From a bacterium (GTDB lineage: Bacteria > Patescibacteriota > Minisyncoccia > Phycocordibacterales > UBA2100), in the NCBI GenBank assembly GCA_030674455.1, contig JAUSGQ010000065.1:1-63510 (forward strand): a stretch of DNA of 63,510 bases, given 5' to 3'. The notes under the pieces are model-generated. The model was given only the letters and a program-made list of their open reading frames with translations, had not been told where the DNA came from and did no database searches. Shown piece by piece: positions 34,640 through 44,288 of the stretch. The number at the start of each line of letters is the position of its first letter. The stretch's first letter is position 1. A program made the translations under genes and the position numbers.

Positions 34640-36777
34640 GCAGGGATTATCCATTAGAGAAAGTAAGAAATTTTGGGATTATAGCGCATATCGACGCGGG
34701 GAAGACGACTACTTCCGAGCGCATTCTTTTTTATACCGGAATGTCGCACAAAATCGGCGAGGTGCATGAAGGCAACACGGTAACCGACTGGATGGAGCAG
34801 GAGCGCGAGCGCGGCATCACCATCACCGCCGCCGCCATTACCTGTTTCTGGGTCCCAACCTATCGGGGCGCAGATATTTCCGCGAAAGTGCGGTTCAATA
34901 TTATTGATACCCCCGGCCACATCGACTTCACTTCGGAAGTAAAGCGTTCAATGCGCGTCCTCGATGGCGCAGTCGTCGTGTTCGACGGCGTTGCCGGCGT
35001 GGAGCCGCAATCAGAAACCAACTGGCGCTACGCCGAGGAAGCCGAAGTGCCGCGCATTTGCTACATCAACAAGCTCGACCGCACCGGCGCGTCGTTCGAG
35101 AAATCGTACGCGAGCATTTTGGAGCGGCTCTCAACCAAAGCAGTGCGCATGCAAATTCCTATCGGGCTCGAAGACAAATTCGAGGGCGTTGTGGATTTGC
35201 TCACGATGAAGGCGTTTCACTTTGAAGGAGAAATGGGTGCCCAAGTTGTCGCAGGCGAAATTCCGGCGAACCTGAAAGACGAGGCCGAAATACTCCGACA
35301 CGAACTCGTTGAAAGAATCGTCGAAAACGACGACGCACTCATGCAGGAATATCTTGAAGGAAAGGAAATAGCGGTAGATGTTCTGAAGAAAGCGCTTCGT
35401 AAGGCCGTCGTTGAGAACAAAATCTTTCCGGTCTACACCGGTTCGTCTCTCAAAAATAAAGGGGTGCAGCTGGTCTTGGACGGCGTCGTGGATTATCTTC
35501 CGAGCCCGCTCGATTTGCCTGCGGCAAAGGGCCACAATCCCGACACAATGGAGCCGGAGACCAGAGTTTCCGACGATGCGGCGCCTTTTGCCGCGCTCGT
35601 CTTCAAACTGCAGGTTGACCCGTTCGTCGGCGCGCTCTCATTCTTCCGCGTTTACTCGGGCTCCATCAAAGCCGGTGATTTTATATACAACGCGACCACG
35701 CGAAAGAAGGAGCGATTGGGACGCATCGTTCGTTTGCAGGCAGACAAGCGCGAGGATTTGAAGGAGGTGTTCGCGGGAGAAATTGCCGCCGGTGTCGGAC
35801 TCAAAGAAGTGAAAATAGGCCAGACGCTCTGCGATGAGAACCACCCGATTATTTTGGAAGCAATCATATTCCCCGAGCCGGTCATATCAATGCGCATCGA
35901 GCCGAAGACGAAAGTCGACCAGGAGAAAATGGGCATGGCGCTCTCGCGTCTTTCCGACGAAGACCCGACGTTCCGCGTCGCTTCCGACCCCGAAACTCTT
36001 GAAACTATTGTTTCCGGCATGGGCGAGCTTCACCTCGAAATTATCGTTGACCGCATGCGCCGAGAATTTGGCGTCGAAGCTACCACCGGCAAACCGCAAG
36101 TCGCATATCGCGAAACGGTGCAAGGTTCTGCCGACGTGGAGTACAAGCACATCAAACAGACAGGCGGCCGCGGCCAGTACGGCCACGTGAAAATCCGCGT
36201 GAAGCCGATGGAACCGCTCGTTGAAGGTAAGAAATTGAAGAACAACGTTGACCGGGAAGACCACTTCGAATTCATCAACGCCATCAAAGGAGGCGTTATT
36301 CCGCAGGAATACATTCAGCCGGTGAAGAAGGGAATAATAGAAGCAATGGAACGCGGCATTCAGGCGGGATTCCCTGTAGTAGATGTTTCAGTGGAACTCT
36401 ACGACGGCTCCTACCACGATGTCGACTCTTCAGAAATCGCTTTCAAACTCGCCGCAATCAACGCGATGCAGGAGGCGATGCGCCAGGCGAAGCCGGTACT
36501 CCTCGAGCCGATTATGAAACTGGAGGTTGTTACGCCTGAGAAGTTCATGGGCGATGTCACAGGAAGCATCAACTCAAAGCGCGGCCAGATAGAAGCGATG
36601 GGCGAGCGCGGGCAAGTGAAAGTCATCACCGCGAAAGTCCCGCTCTCCGAGCTTTTCGGCTTCACGACGCAGCTGCGCTCTCTCACGGAAGGCCGCGCTG
36701 TTCCGAACTTGGAATTTTCTCACTATGCGATAGTGCCAAAGAATGTGGCGGATGAAATTGTTGCTTCACGGAAGTAA
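34636..36777 (+). CDS. fusA: elongation factor G
   Basis: NFGIIAHIDAGKTT, DTPGHIDF and NKLDR, with EF-G domains IV/V. Confidence 0.97.
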   Translation: MSRDYPLEKVRNFGIIAHIDAGKTTTSERILFYTGMSHKIGEVHEGNTVTDWMEQERERGITITAAAITCFWVPTYRGADISAKVRFNIIDTPGHIDFTSEVKRSMRVLDGAVVVFDGVAGVEPQSETNWRYAEEAEVPRICYINKLDRTGASFEKSYASILERLSTKAVRMQIPIGLEDKFEGVVDLLTMKAFHFEGEMGAQVVAGEIPANLKDEAEILRHELVERIVENDDALMQEYLEGKEIAVDVLKKALRKAVVENKIFPVYTGSSLKNKGVQLVLDGVVDYLPSPLDLPAAKGHNPDTMEPETRVSDDAAPFAALVFKLQVDPFVGALSFFRVYSGSIKAGDFIYNATTRKKERLGRIVRLQADKREDLKEVFAGEIAAGVGLKEVKIGQTLCDENHPIILEAIIFPEPVISMRIEPKTKVDQEKMGMALSRLSDEDPTFRVASDPETLETIVSGMGELHLEIIVDRMRREFGVEATTGKPQVAYRETVQGSADVEYKHIKQTGGRGQYGHVKIRVKPMEPLVEGKKLKNNVDREDHFEFINAIKGGVIPQEYIQPVKKGIIEAMERGIQAGFPVVDVSVELYDGSYHDVDSSEIAFKLAAINAMQEAMRQAKPVLLEPIMKLEVVTPEKFMGDVTGSINSKRGQIEAMGERGQVKVITAKVPLSELFGFTTQLRSLTEGRAVPNLEFSHYAIVPKNVADEIVASRK

Positions 36778-36787
36778 TTTAGCCGCC

Positions 36788-37270
36788 TTATTTAGTCGCC
36801 TTATCGTTCTTCGCTTCCATAGTAGGAAGGTGCGTTTCAAGCGCCTTTAGTACCCCATTATTTAATTGCTTTTCATTGAATTGAATTGCCCCGAGAACAT
36901 ATTCAAGGAGTTCTCGGACAGGTTCTGCAAGCCGCGGCGCTTCTTCCCCCGCAATATTTAATTGTTTTTGTCTTTGAACCAAGATTCCTTGGGCTATTCC
37001 GTATATATGTGGCACAGCGGAACCGTCTGGCAATTTTAAAAATATTCTTTTCAATTTCTCAAAACCAGGATCATACGCCGTTGATTTTCCCTCTGACAAC
37101 AATTGGTGACCACCTGCCCCACCAAATGCGGCGGCGACAATAGGCAATCCGTGCTCCAAAAAAGCACGTCGCTTTTCACTTTTCACCCTTGCCGCCTTTT
37201 CTTGGTTTGCTTTTGTTGCCGCTGGCGTAACCTCCATTCCTTTGTTTTCCATATACCTAAAGTATATCAT
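36788..37270 (-). CDS. hypothetical protein
   Basis: 160-aa ORF with several possible ATG starts (37270, 37252, 37237). No family recognised. Confidence 0.45.
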   Translation of the reverse strand: MIYFRYMENKGMEVTPAATKANQEKAARVKSEKRRAFLEHGLPIVAAAFGGAGGHQLLSEGKSTAYDPGFEKLKRIFLKLPDGSAVPHIYGIAQGILVQRQKQLNIAGEEAPRLAEPVRELLEYVLGAIQFNEKQLNNGVLKALETHLPTMEAKNDKATK

Positions 37271-37358
37271 CAGCGCTGGGAATTCTGGCAGCCGCCCAGC
37301 ACTGGAAGAGAAGCCCGCGCCATTTCCGACGGTTAGAGTGAATCGGCCCGTCTACAGG

Positions 37359-37410
37359 CGAATTAGCAAATTCGTGGCTCGGCCCGAATTAGCAAATTCG
37401 TGGCTCGGCC
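37359..37410 (+). promoter_or_regulatory. perfect 2 x 26-nt tandem repeat, each unit containing the palindrome CGAATTagcaAATTCG
   Basis: CGAATTAGCAAATTCGTGGCTCGGCC at 37359-37384 and 37385-37410, 90 nt upstream of the A2M start. Confidence 0.8.
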
Positions 37411-37499
37411 ATAAACTTTGCTGGCCGATAGGCCGTCAGAAATGGCGCGGGGATAAAGCAGTTTTGAATTGAGAAAAAACTGCTACTGTATGTGGGTCT

Positions 37500-40400
37500 A
37501 TGGACCCTGTGCCAAACCGCATTTCAACCGAGCCTGTTTTGCATCCAGACGTTGCCCCCATCGGCACGCCGCAACATCATTATCGGTGGAAGAAGGTCGT
37601 GATTTTCGGCATCGTTCTAATTCTATTTCTTGCCGGCATTCTCGCTAAGAGTATTTTGGGAGGGACATCGTTCTCTACTCCAAAAACAAATTACGTTCCT
37701 GTCTATACGCTCGTGAATGAAAAGATTTCCGAACACGGTGCAATAATAATTAATTTACCCAAGGGAGTCTCTCAAAAGGGAGCGGAAACAAAAGTATCTT
37801 TTGACCCCGGTATTGCAGGAGAGTGGATTGAATCAGATTTGCCGAACGCGGTAGTGTATAAACCCGCCGCCGCGCTCGCACTCGGCAAGCATTACAACGT
37901 TGCCCTCGCGACGGACGCGGGCGCAATCAAGAAAGATTTCTTGGTTGATGAAGACCCGCGCGTTGTGAGCGTTTTCCCCGATTCAAATGCGGAGGCGGAG
38001 CTCGCTTCGGCAATTACGGTTGTCTTTAACAGGCCGATGGTTCCACTTACGACACTCTCTGAATTGGATAAAAAAGATGTCCCGGTTTCCGTTTCTCCGG
38101 CGACACCCGGAAAATTCAAATGGATAAGCACGCGGACTCTGCAATTTATTCCCTCAGCGACGCTATATGGCTCCTCTCATTACACGGTAACCGTCAATCC
38201 AGGATTCATTTCAATGGACGGGATTTCGGTCGCGCCTAAAACGTTTTCATTTAGGACAAAACAACTTCGTCTTAACAGCTCGACATCCGGCACTATCGTC
38301 TATAACGAGCCCATCAATTTCTATTTCAACCAGCCGGTAGATATACAGAAAACTTCCGGAGAAATAAAGGTCATAAATAACGCAACAAATGCCCAGATAG
38401 AATTTGTCGCAAGCTACGGCACTTCTTATATTTGGGACGCGAATAATAATTCCGAAAGAGAAGTTCAGGACAAATCTATCGTCAGTATTCTCCCCAAGAA
38501 TTCCAAGAACGGCCATTCAAACGTGTGGGACTTTTCGACTCCCTATACCGCTACGATAAAAACTGCGTACCCGATTGGCGGGGACATAGCGCTTACCGGT
38601 AATGTTCCGCCTCTAACGGTCGGCGCGCCCCCCGGATCCATTGGTTTTGCACCGCTTGTGCCGGGTGGAAGGTATCCATACCCTGTGCCGCAATCGTTTA
38701 ATAATCCTGGTATGGTTCCGCCACAATTGCCGAGTGTCTTTCCGGGAAACTCTGGAGGTTCGGCCGCGATTGCAACGGTGACCACAAGTCCAGTATTGAA
38801 AAGCGTTACCGTCCTTTCCGAAAATACCACCCTGGCCTCGCCCCAGCTTTTTGACCCTACCGGGACCACGACCTTTTCTTTTTATGAAGACATAGACAAA
38901 GAGAAGAGTGGCATAAACGCCAAGGGATTAAAGAATATCGAGTACGGCGAGAAATGCGAGGAAGAAAACAGCGAGGGATATTATTCGAAATCCTGTAAGA
39001 AAGTTAAAGACAAATCACAGCTCATCTTTACTTTTGATGCCTCTGTATACGCGAGTGGAGAAAAAGTGCCGGTTACATTTGAACGCCTGATAAACGCAGG
39101 CGGATACCAGGTGAATACTGAGCCAATCGTTACGGAGCTCACGGTGTACCCGCAGTTGCGCATAACCTCGACTACGCCTGCAAACAATACCGATGGAGCG
39201 AGCGTAAAAGATTTAATCCTCTGCACCAACACTCCCCTGAAAGAATTGGACGGAAAGAAATTTCACGCTGCATTCAAAGCCAACAAGTACATGGTTTTTG
39301 GACGAAAGGATAACCCCTATTTACAAACAAATAATTATTGGGAAAAACCGCGGCCATGCGCTATCGGCGATTACGTAAACAGAATTCATTACGGCCTTCA
39401 TCCGGAGCAGGCGTATGCCATAAATGCCTCTATCGAAGATGTGTTCGGGCAGAAAGCGAATACGCAACTTTCTTTCACGACTGGAAAAGCGCCCAAATTC
39501 TATCTGCGATTCCAGAGTTTGCAGAAAATCTACAATGTCACAACGCCCGAACGCACGAAACTCACGTATGCTACGGAGAATTTCGATTACGTTGACCTTT
39601 CTATATGCAAAGTGAGCGCCGATTCAATGGTTCGCATTCTTGCGGCGCAACCGAGCGACACGAGCACTGCGTCAAATGGCTCCCTTCCGTGCCTCATTTC
39701 GCAATACAAGCAGATTCCGCTGAAACCCGACCAGTGGGTGAACCAATATTTCCAAATAGACCTAAAGGATTATTTTCCGGACCCGCGCGGGCAGTTCATT
39801 CTTTCCTACAGCCATCCGCAGTATGTGAACCGGGAAGGCCTGCCGCTCTACGCGAGAACGTATTTGAGCGTTACTAACTTGGCCGTTGTGGAAAAGCGCG
39901 TTAAATGGTCTTCCTATGACAATCTGCCTGATGTGCCAAGCACAGTCGACCCCGCAACGCGCGGTTCCGTTTACTGGGTGAGCCGGATGCATTCAATGGA
40001 GCCAGAAAATGCGGCATCGGTGAACGTATACAAATCGGGCGGAGCGGATAGATGGGGCAACAACAATACGACAGTGCCGCCCATACTTGCGCTATCGGGT
40101 GCCACGAATGCAAGTGGTTTCGGAGAGTTTCCACTCATTGCGGATGTCGTTGGTGCTGCTGTCATGAGCGGTCCGTCTACAGGTGCCGACGCTAACTCCG
40201 TCGGCCAGGAATCGGCGGTGGTATCCACGTGGGTGGACACAATAAGCAATAACAGTTGGCGGAATGCATATCAGAACGAGAAGATGTATGTGTATACCGA
40301 CAGACCTATTTATCGGCCCGGCCAGGAAGTCTTTATTAAAGGCTTGTACCGATTGGACTTTGACGGGGTTTTTGAAGTATTCCGCGATGCCGATGTAAAA

Positions 40401-43400
40401 CTGCAAGTCACCAACAGCAAGGGAGAAATAATACTGACGCAAAAGTTGCCAGTGAGCTCGTACGGCACGATTTCCACGAGTGTTAATCTTCCAGCGGACG
40501 CGCCGCTGGGTTCGTACAGTATTAACGCGGGAGGAAGCGGGTACGCATTCTTTGATGTTGCCGAATATGTGGGTGCTGCGTTTGAAGCAAAGGCAGAAAC
40601 AGATAAAGAAGAATACATAGCCGGAGATACGGTCAACTTCAAGATATCGGGCAAATATTATTTTGGAGTTCCGCTTGACGGCGGGTTGCTCGATTACAGC
40701 TTGACCTCGCAAAACTTTTACTTCGACCGCTACACGGACGAATACTTCAACTTCGGGGGAAATTGGTACTCGTGCTACGACTGCGGATACGGCGACACGT
40801 ATCTGAAGAGCGGCAAAGTCCAACTCGACGCAGAGGGGAGAGCGAGTATCGCGCAACAGCTTGATTTCGATGACCTCTTTACGGATGACGCGCGCGAGCA
40901 GAGCAAGATATTCGTTCTGCACGGAACGATAAAAGACAAGCAGGGCAAATCTGTCAGTTTCCAAAAATCATTCATAGTACACCGCGGAGATTTCTATATG
41001 GGAGTCAAAGCCGACCCCTCGTTTACGGGAACGAATCAGCCGGTCGTGATTCGCGCGAAAACCGTGGACGTGGAGGGAAAGCCTAAATCAAAATCCGGAA
41101 TTACCGTGGTGGTGAATAAGGTCACATGGGATTCAAACAAGCGTCAGGAAGTCGACGGGGGATATTACAATCGCGCGGAACAGGTTTTGACACCGGTTAT
41201 CACCAAGAGTTTCTCGACAAACGGTTCTGGTGATGATTCCGCAGAGATAAAGTTGAAAGACCCGGGGCAGTACGCGATAGTAGCCACCGCCAAAGATGGA
41301 AAAGACAACGAAATAAAAGGTACGAGCGAAATATATGTGTATGGGGAAGGAACGGTAGATGTGCGCCCGACCAACAACGCGACACTCGAATTAAAAGCAG
41401 AAAAGAAAGATTTGAAAGTCGGGGAACGCGCCAAACTCATCATCCAATCGCCGTATCCGCGCGCGAAAGCTCTTATCTCAATAGAGCGCGGCCGAATATT
41501 CACCTACGAAGTAGTGAATATCGAGAGAAACATGTACGAATACGAATTCCCAATCACCGAAGATTACGCACCGAACGTTTTCGCATCAGTCGTTTTATTA
41601 TCGTCCGGCCCGGAGGTCAAATACGGACAGATTGAATTCACCGTGGACCGCAAGGCGAAAGAACTGACGATAGATATTAAGCCCGGCAAGCTCTCGTATT
41701 TGCCTGGGGAGAAAGTAACGCTTAACGTGACGACGAAAGACGCGAAAGGGAATCCGGTGCCTGCGAATGTCTCTCTTGCGGTAGCGGATTTGAGCGTACT
41801 CGCGCTCAAGGGCAATCCGAAAAAGGACCCGCTTCTGTTCTTCTATGACGGTTTACCGCTTACAGTAACGACGGAAACGAATGTGAAGAACCTGCTTCAG
41901 GAGGCGGAAATTCCGACAGGCACAAAAGGCGGCGACGGAGGGAACCCTGCAGACCTCGCGACGCGCAAGCGCGGTGAATTTAGAGATACCGCGTTTTGGC
42001 AGGCGGATGTCGTTACAAACGCGCAAGGGATGGCGACAGTCACGTTTACCCTGCCGGACAATCTGACAAGGTGGCAAGTGGAATCGGTCGGCATTACGAA
42101 AGACACGAAGCTTGGCGTGCGCTACCAGGAAATCACTGCTCAAAAGGGGGTGATGACCATACCTCAGAAGCCGCGATTCATTGTGCCGGGCGATGAATTC
42201 ATGATAGGGGCAAAAATATTTAACCAGACTCTAAATTCTCAGACGCTTGAAATTTCTCTAGAAAGCAAGACGCTTGAATTACTTGATGCGCGAAAAACGA
42301 AAAAGACCATACAGGCAGGTGCTACAGAAGCGATATATTTCAAAGTGAAAGCGCCGGAGAATTTCACCGACGGCATACACGCGTTCATACTCTCCGCGAA
42401 AAATAACGATTACAACGATACGGTCGAACAGAATATTTCAATAACGCGGAACACCACGTATGAATCTACCGCGACAGCGAATTCCACAAGCGCCCTGAAT
42501 GAATCAGGGTATCTATTTCTGCCGGATGGCGTTCTCAAAGACAGGGGAGGGCTCACGATAAAAACGAGCGCCACACTCGCGGTGTATCTCTCCGACGCGC
42601 TACAGTATCTTTTCTCGTATCCGTACGGATGTTCTGAACAGCTCGCGAGCCGGCTTTCCTCGATGGCGATTACAAAGAAGGCGCTCGCGATTCCGAATGT
42701 TAGTACGCAGTTTAAATTCCCAACGGTAACGTTCAACGGAACAGAATACACGGTGGACCAGGCGGTGAACAAGGGACTGGCGCAGCTCTACGACAGCCAA
42801 ACAGTCGACGGCGGATTTTCGTATTACAAAGGCCTTCAGGCCGACCCGTATCTTTCCATGCACGTTCTCAATACTTTGATAGATATAGAGAAGGCGGGCT
42901 ACAACGTGCGGCAAGACGTAATTAGCAGAGCGGTCACGTATTTGTACGGGCAGGTACTGTACGTGAATAATCCGCAGAACACCATCGCGAATGATACCGA
43001 CACACTTATTTTTGCCGCCTACGCGTTATCGCGCGCCGATGGCGTTTCCGCGTCTTTCTCGGCACTAATGAATAAAATCGTCGGACGCGCAACTGTGCAA
43101 TACCTTTCAGATTCTGCGGGAAGCCAGGCGCTAGGGTACTTGGCGCTTGTGGCGGCTAGGGGCGGTACGAGCGAGTCTTTTAAAAATACCGTGTTCTCAA
43201 CTCTTATCAATAAAGTTGATATTGATTCCCGCGGGGCCTACGTAAAACAGAATGTGAAGAATATCAGCTGGCGATATTACGAAACCGCGGAAAAAGACAC
43301 CGCCCTTTTCCTCAAAGCACTCGTCGCGGATAAGCGCGAGTATTCGCAGACGGCCAATATTTTGCGCTGGCTCCTCGCGAGCAGAGCGAAAGACGGCTCA

Positions 43401-44288
43401 TGGGGTTCCACGAATACATCTGTCGCTGTCATTGACGCGATGTCGGATTACCTCTCGTGGAAGCGCGAGACGGAATCAGAATTTACTCTCGCGACCACCC
43501 TCGATGGGGGCGCGGTAAACTCCACAAAGTTCGATAAGAAAAATATTCTATCAACGATAGAAACTTTCCTGCCGATATCAAAAATCAGTGCAGGCATTAA
43601 TCACGTGCTTGCGTTTACAATAACTAACAATAATTCGCTTCCGAATACTTTCTACTACGACTTGAGCCTCAAATATTATTTGCCCGTACAGCAAATTGCA
43701 CCGAGAGACGAAGGCGTTGCCATCACGCGCGAGTTCTACAGTTTGACGGATAAGCTGAATGCCCGCCCGCTTCAAAGATCTAAAGTGGGGGACGTGGTTC
43801 GCGGAGTTCTCACCATCATATCTGCGAAACCGCGCAATATGTTCGCGATTGAAGATTATATTCCTGCGGGTTTTGAACTTGTGGATTTCAACCTAGCGAC
43901 GGAAGACCAAAGTTCAATTGACGCCGGATCAGGCGCGCCGCCGAGCGAGCGAAGGTCGCCATACGGCGCAGGACTGCAAACCAAGTCACTCGCATCCTCG
44001 TTCTGGAGCTGGAAAGGAATACGCGGATTGTTCAGCAAATCTCCGGTAGTTGAAGTCTCAGGCTCTCCGACCGTGTATCAAAAGTTCAACCCGGAATTCA
44101 AAGAAATGCACGATGACCGGCTATTCCTCTTCTCGCAAAACGTCCCCGCAGGAGCGTACACATACGAGTACTACATCCGCGCGACGACACCGGGTACTTT
44201 CAGCCATCTTCCGGCGATAGCGAGCGACCTGTACTTCCCCGAGAACTTCGGCCGAACCGCCGGGTCCGTGTTTACTGTCCTGCAGTAA
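37500..44288 (+). CDS. alpha-2-macroglobulin family protein (2262 aa), membrane anchored
   Basis: N-terminal TM helix, MG-type Ig repeats, FWQADVVTNAQGMATVTFTLPDNLTRWQV, thioester-type motif YPYGCSEQLAS (CSEQ at 42630-42641), DGSWGSTNTSVAVIDAM and FAIEDYIPAGFELVD. Confidence 0.9.
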   Translation: MDPVPNRISTEPVLHPDVAPIGTPQHHYRWKKVVIFGIVLILFLAGILAKSILGGTSFSTPKTNYVPVYTLVNEKISEHGAIIINLPKGVSQKGAETKVSFDPGIAGEWIESDLPNAVVYKPAAALALGKHYNVALATDAGAIKKDFLVDEDPRVVSVFPDSNAEAELASAITVVFNRPMVPLTTLSELDKKDVPVSVSPATPGKFKWISTRTLQFIPSATLYGSSHYTVTVNPGFISMDGISVAPKTFSFRTKQLRLNSSTSGTIVYNEPINFYFNQPVDIQKTSGEIKVINNATNAQIEFVASYGTSYIWDANNNSEREVQDKSIVSILPKNSKNGHSNVWDFSTPYTATIKTAYPIGGDIALTGNVPPLTVGAPPGSIGFAPLVPGGRYPYPVPQSFNNPGMVPPQLPSVFPGNSGGSAAIATVTTSPVLKSVTVLSENTTLASPQLFDPTGTTTFSFYEDIDKEKSGINAKGLKNIEYGEKCEEENSEGYYSKSCKKVKDKSQLIFTFDASVYASGEKVPVTFERLINAGGYQVNTEPIVTELTVYPQLRITSTTPANNTDGASVKDLILCTNTPLKELDGKKFHAAFKANKYMVFGRKDNPYLQTNNYWEKPRPCAIGDYVNRIHYGLHPEQAYAINASIEDVFGQKANTQLSFTTGKAPKFYLRFQSLQKIYNVTTPERTKLTYATENFDYVDLSICKVSADSMVRILAAQPSDTSTASNGSLPCLISQYKQIPLKPDQWVNQYFQIDLKDYFPDPRGQFILSYSHPQYVNREGLPLYARTYLSVTNLAVVEKRVKWSSYDNLPDVPSTVDPATRGSVYWVSRMHSMEPENAASVNVYKSGGADRWGNNNTTVPPILALSGATNASGFGEFPLIADVVGAAVMSGPSTGADANSVGQESAVVSTWVDTISNNSWRNAYQNEKMYVYTDRPIYRPGQEVFIKGLYRLDFDGVFEVFRDADVKLQVTNSKGEIILTQKLPVSSYGTISTSVNLPADAPLGSYSINAGGSGYAFFDVAEYVGAAFEAKAETDKEEYIAGDTVNFKISGKYYFGVPLDGGLLDYSLTSQNFYFDRYTDEYFNFGGNWYSCYDCGYGDTYLKSGKVQLDAEGRASIAQQLDFDDLFTDDAREQSKIFVLHGTIKDKQGKSVSFQKSFIVHRGDFYMGVKADPSFTGTNQPVVIRAKTVDVEGKPKSKSGITVVVNKVTWDSNKRQEVDGGYYNRAEQVLTPVITKSFSTNGSGDDSAEIKLKDPGQYAIVATAKDGKDNEIKGTSEIYVYGEGTVDVRPTNNATLELKAEKKDLKVGERAKLIIQSPYPRAKALISIERGRIFTYEVVNIERNMYEYEFPITEDYAPNVFASVVLLSSGPEVKYGQIEFTVDRKAKELTIDIKPGKLSYLPGEKVTLNVTTKDAKGNPVPANVSLAVADLSVLALKGNPKKDPLLFFYDGLPLTVTTETNVKNLLQEAEIPTGTKGGDGGNPADLATRKRGEFRDTAFWQADVVTNAQGMATVTFTLPDNLTRWQVESVGITKDTKLGVRYQEITAQKGVMTIPQKPRFIVPGDEFMIGAKIFNQTLNSQTLEISLESKTLELLDARKTKKTIQAGATEAIYFKVKAPENFTDGIHAFILSAKNNDYNDTVEQNISITRNTTYESTATANSTSALNESGYLFLPDGVLKDRGGLTIKTSATLAVYLSDALQYLFSYPYGCSEQLASRLSSMAITKKALAIPNVSTQFKFPTVTFNGTEYTVDQAVNKGLAQLYDSQTVDGGFSYYKGLQADPYLSMHVLNTLIDIEKAGYNVRQDVISRAVTYLYGQVLYVNNPQNTIANDTDTLIFAAYALSRADGVSASFSALMNKIVGRATVQYLSDSAGSQALGYLALVAARGGTSESFKNTVFSTLINKVDIDSRGAYVKQNVKNISWRYYETAEKDTALFLKALVADKREYSQTANILRWLLASRAKDGSWGSTNTSVAVIDAMSDYLSWKRETESEFTLATTLDGGAVNSTKFDKKNILSTIETFLPISKISAGINHVLAFTITNNNSLPNTFYYDLSLKYYLPVQQIAPRDEGVAITREFYSLTDKLNARPLQRSKVGDVVRGVLTIISAKPRNMFAIEDYIPAGFELVDFNLATEDQSSIDAGSGAPPSERRSPYGAGLQTKSLASSFWSWKGIRGLFSKSPVVEVSGSPTVYQKFNPEFKEMHDDRLFLFSQNVPAGAYTYEYYIRATTPGTFSHLPAIASDLYFPENFGRTAGSVFTVLQ

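Noticed and set aside
36776-36803. 13-nt tandem duplication TTTAGCCGCCTTA / TTTAGTCGCCTTA at the fusA / 160-aa-gene junction as another gene-end relic
   Set aside because: It is too short (13 nt) to distinguish from chance or a slippage event. It is noted only as possibly related to the larger relics.
40092-40964. 290-aa minus-strand ORF, plus many shorter ones, inside the A2M gene
   Set aside because: They are antisense to a 2262-aa ORF with multiple A2M motifs and have no features of their own.
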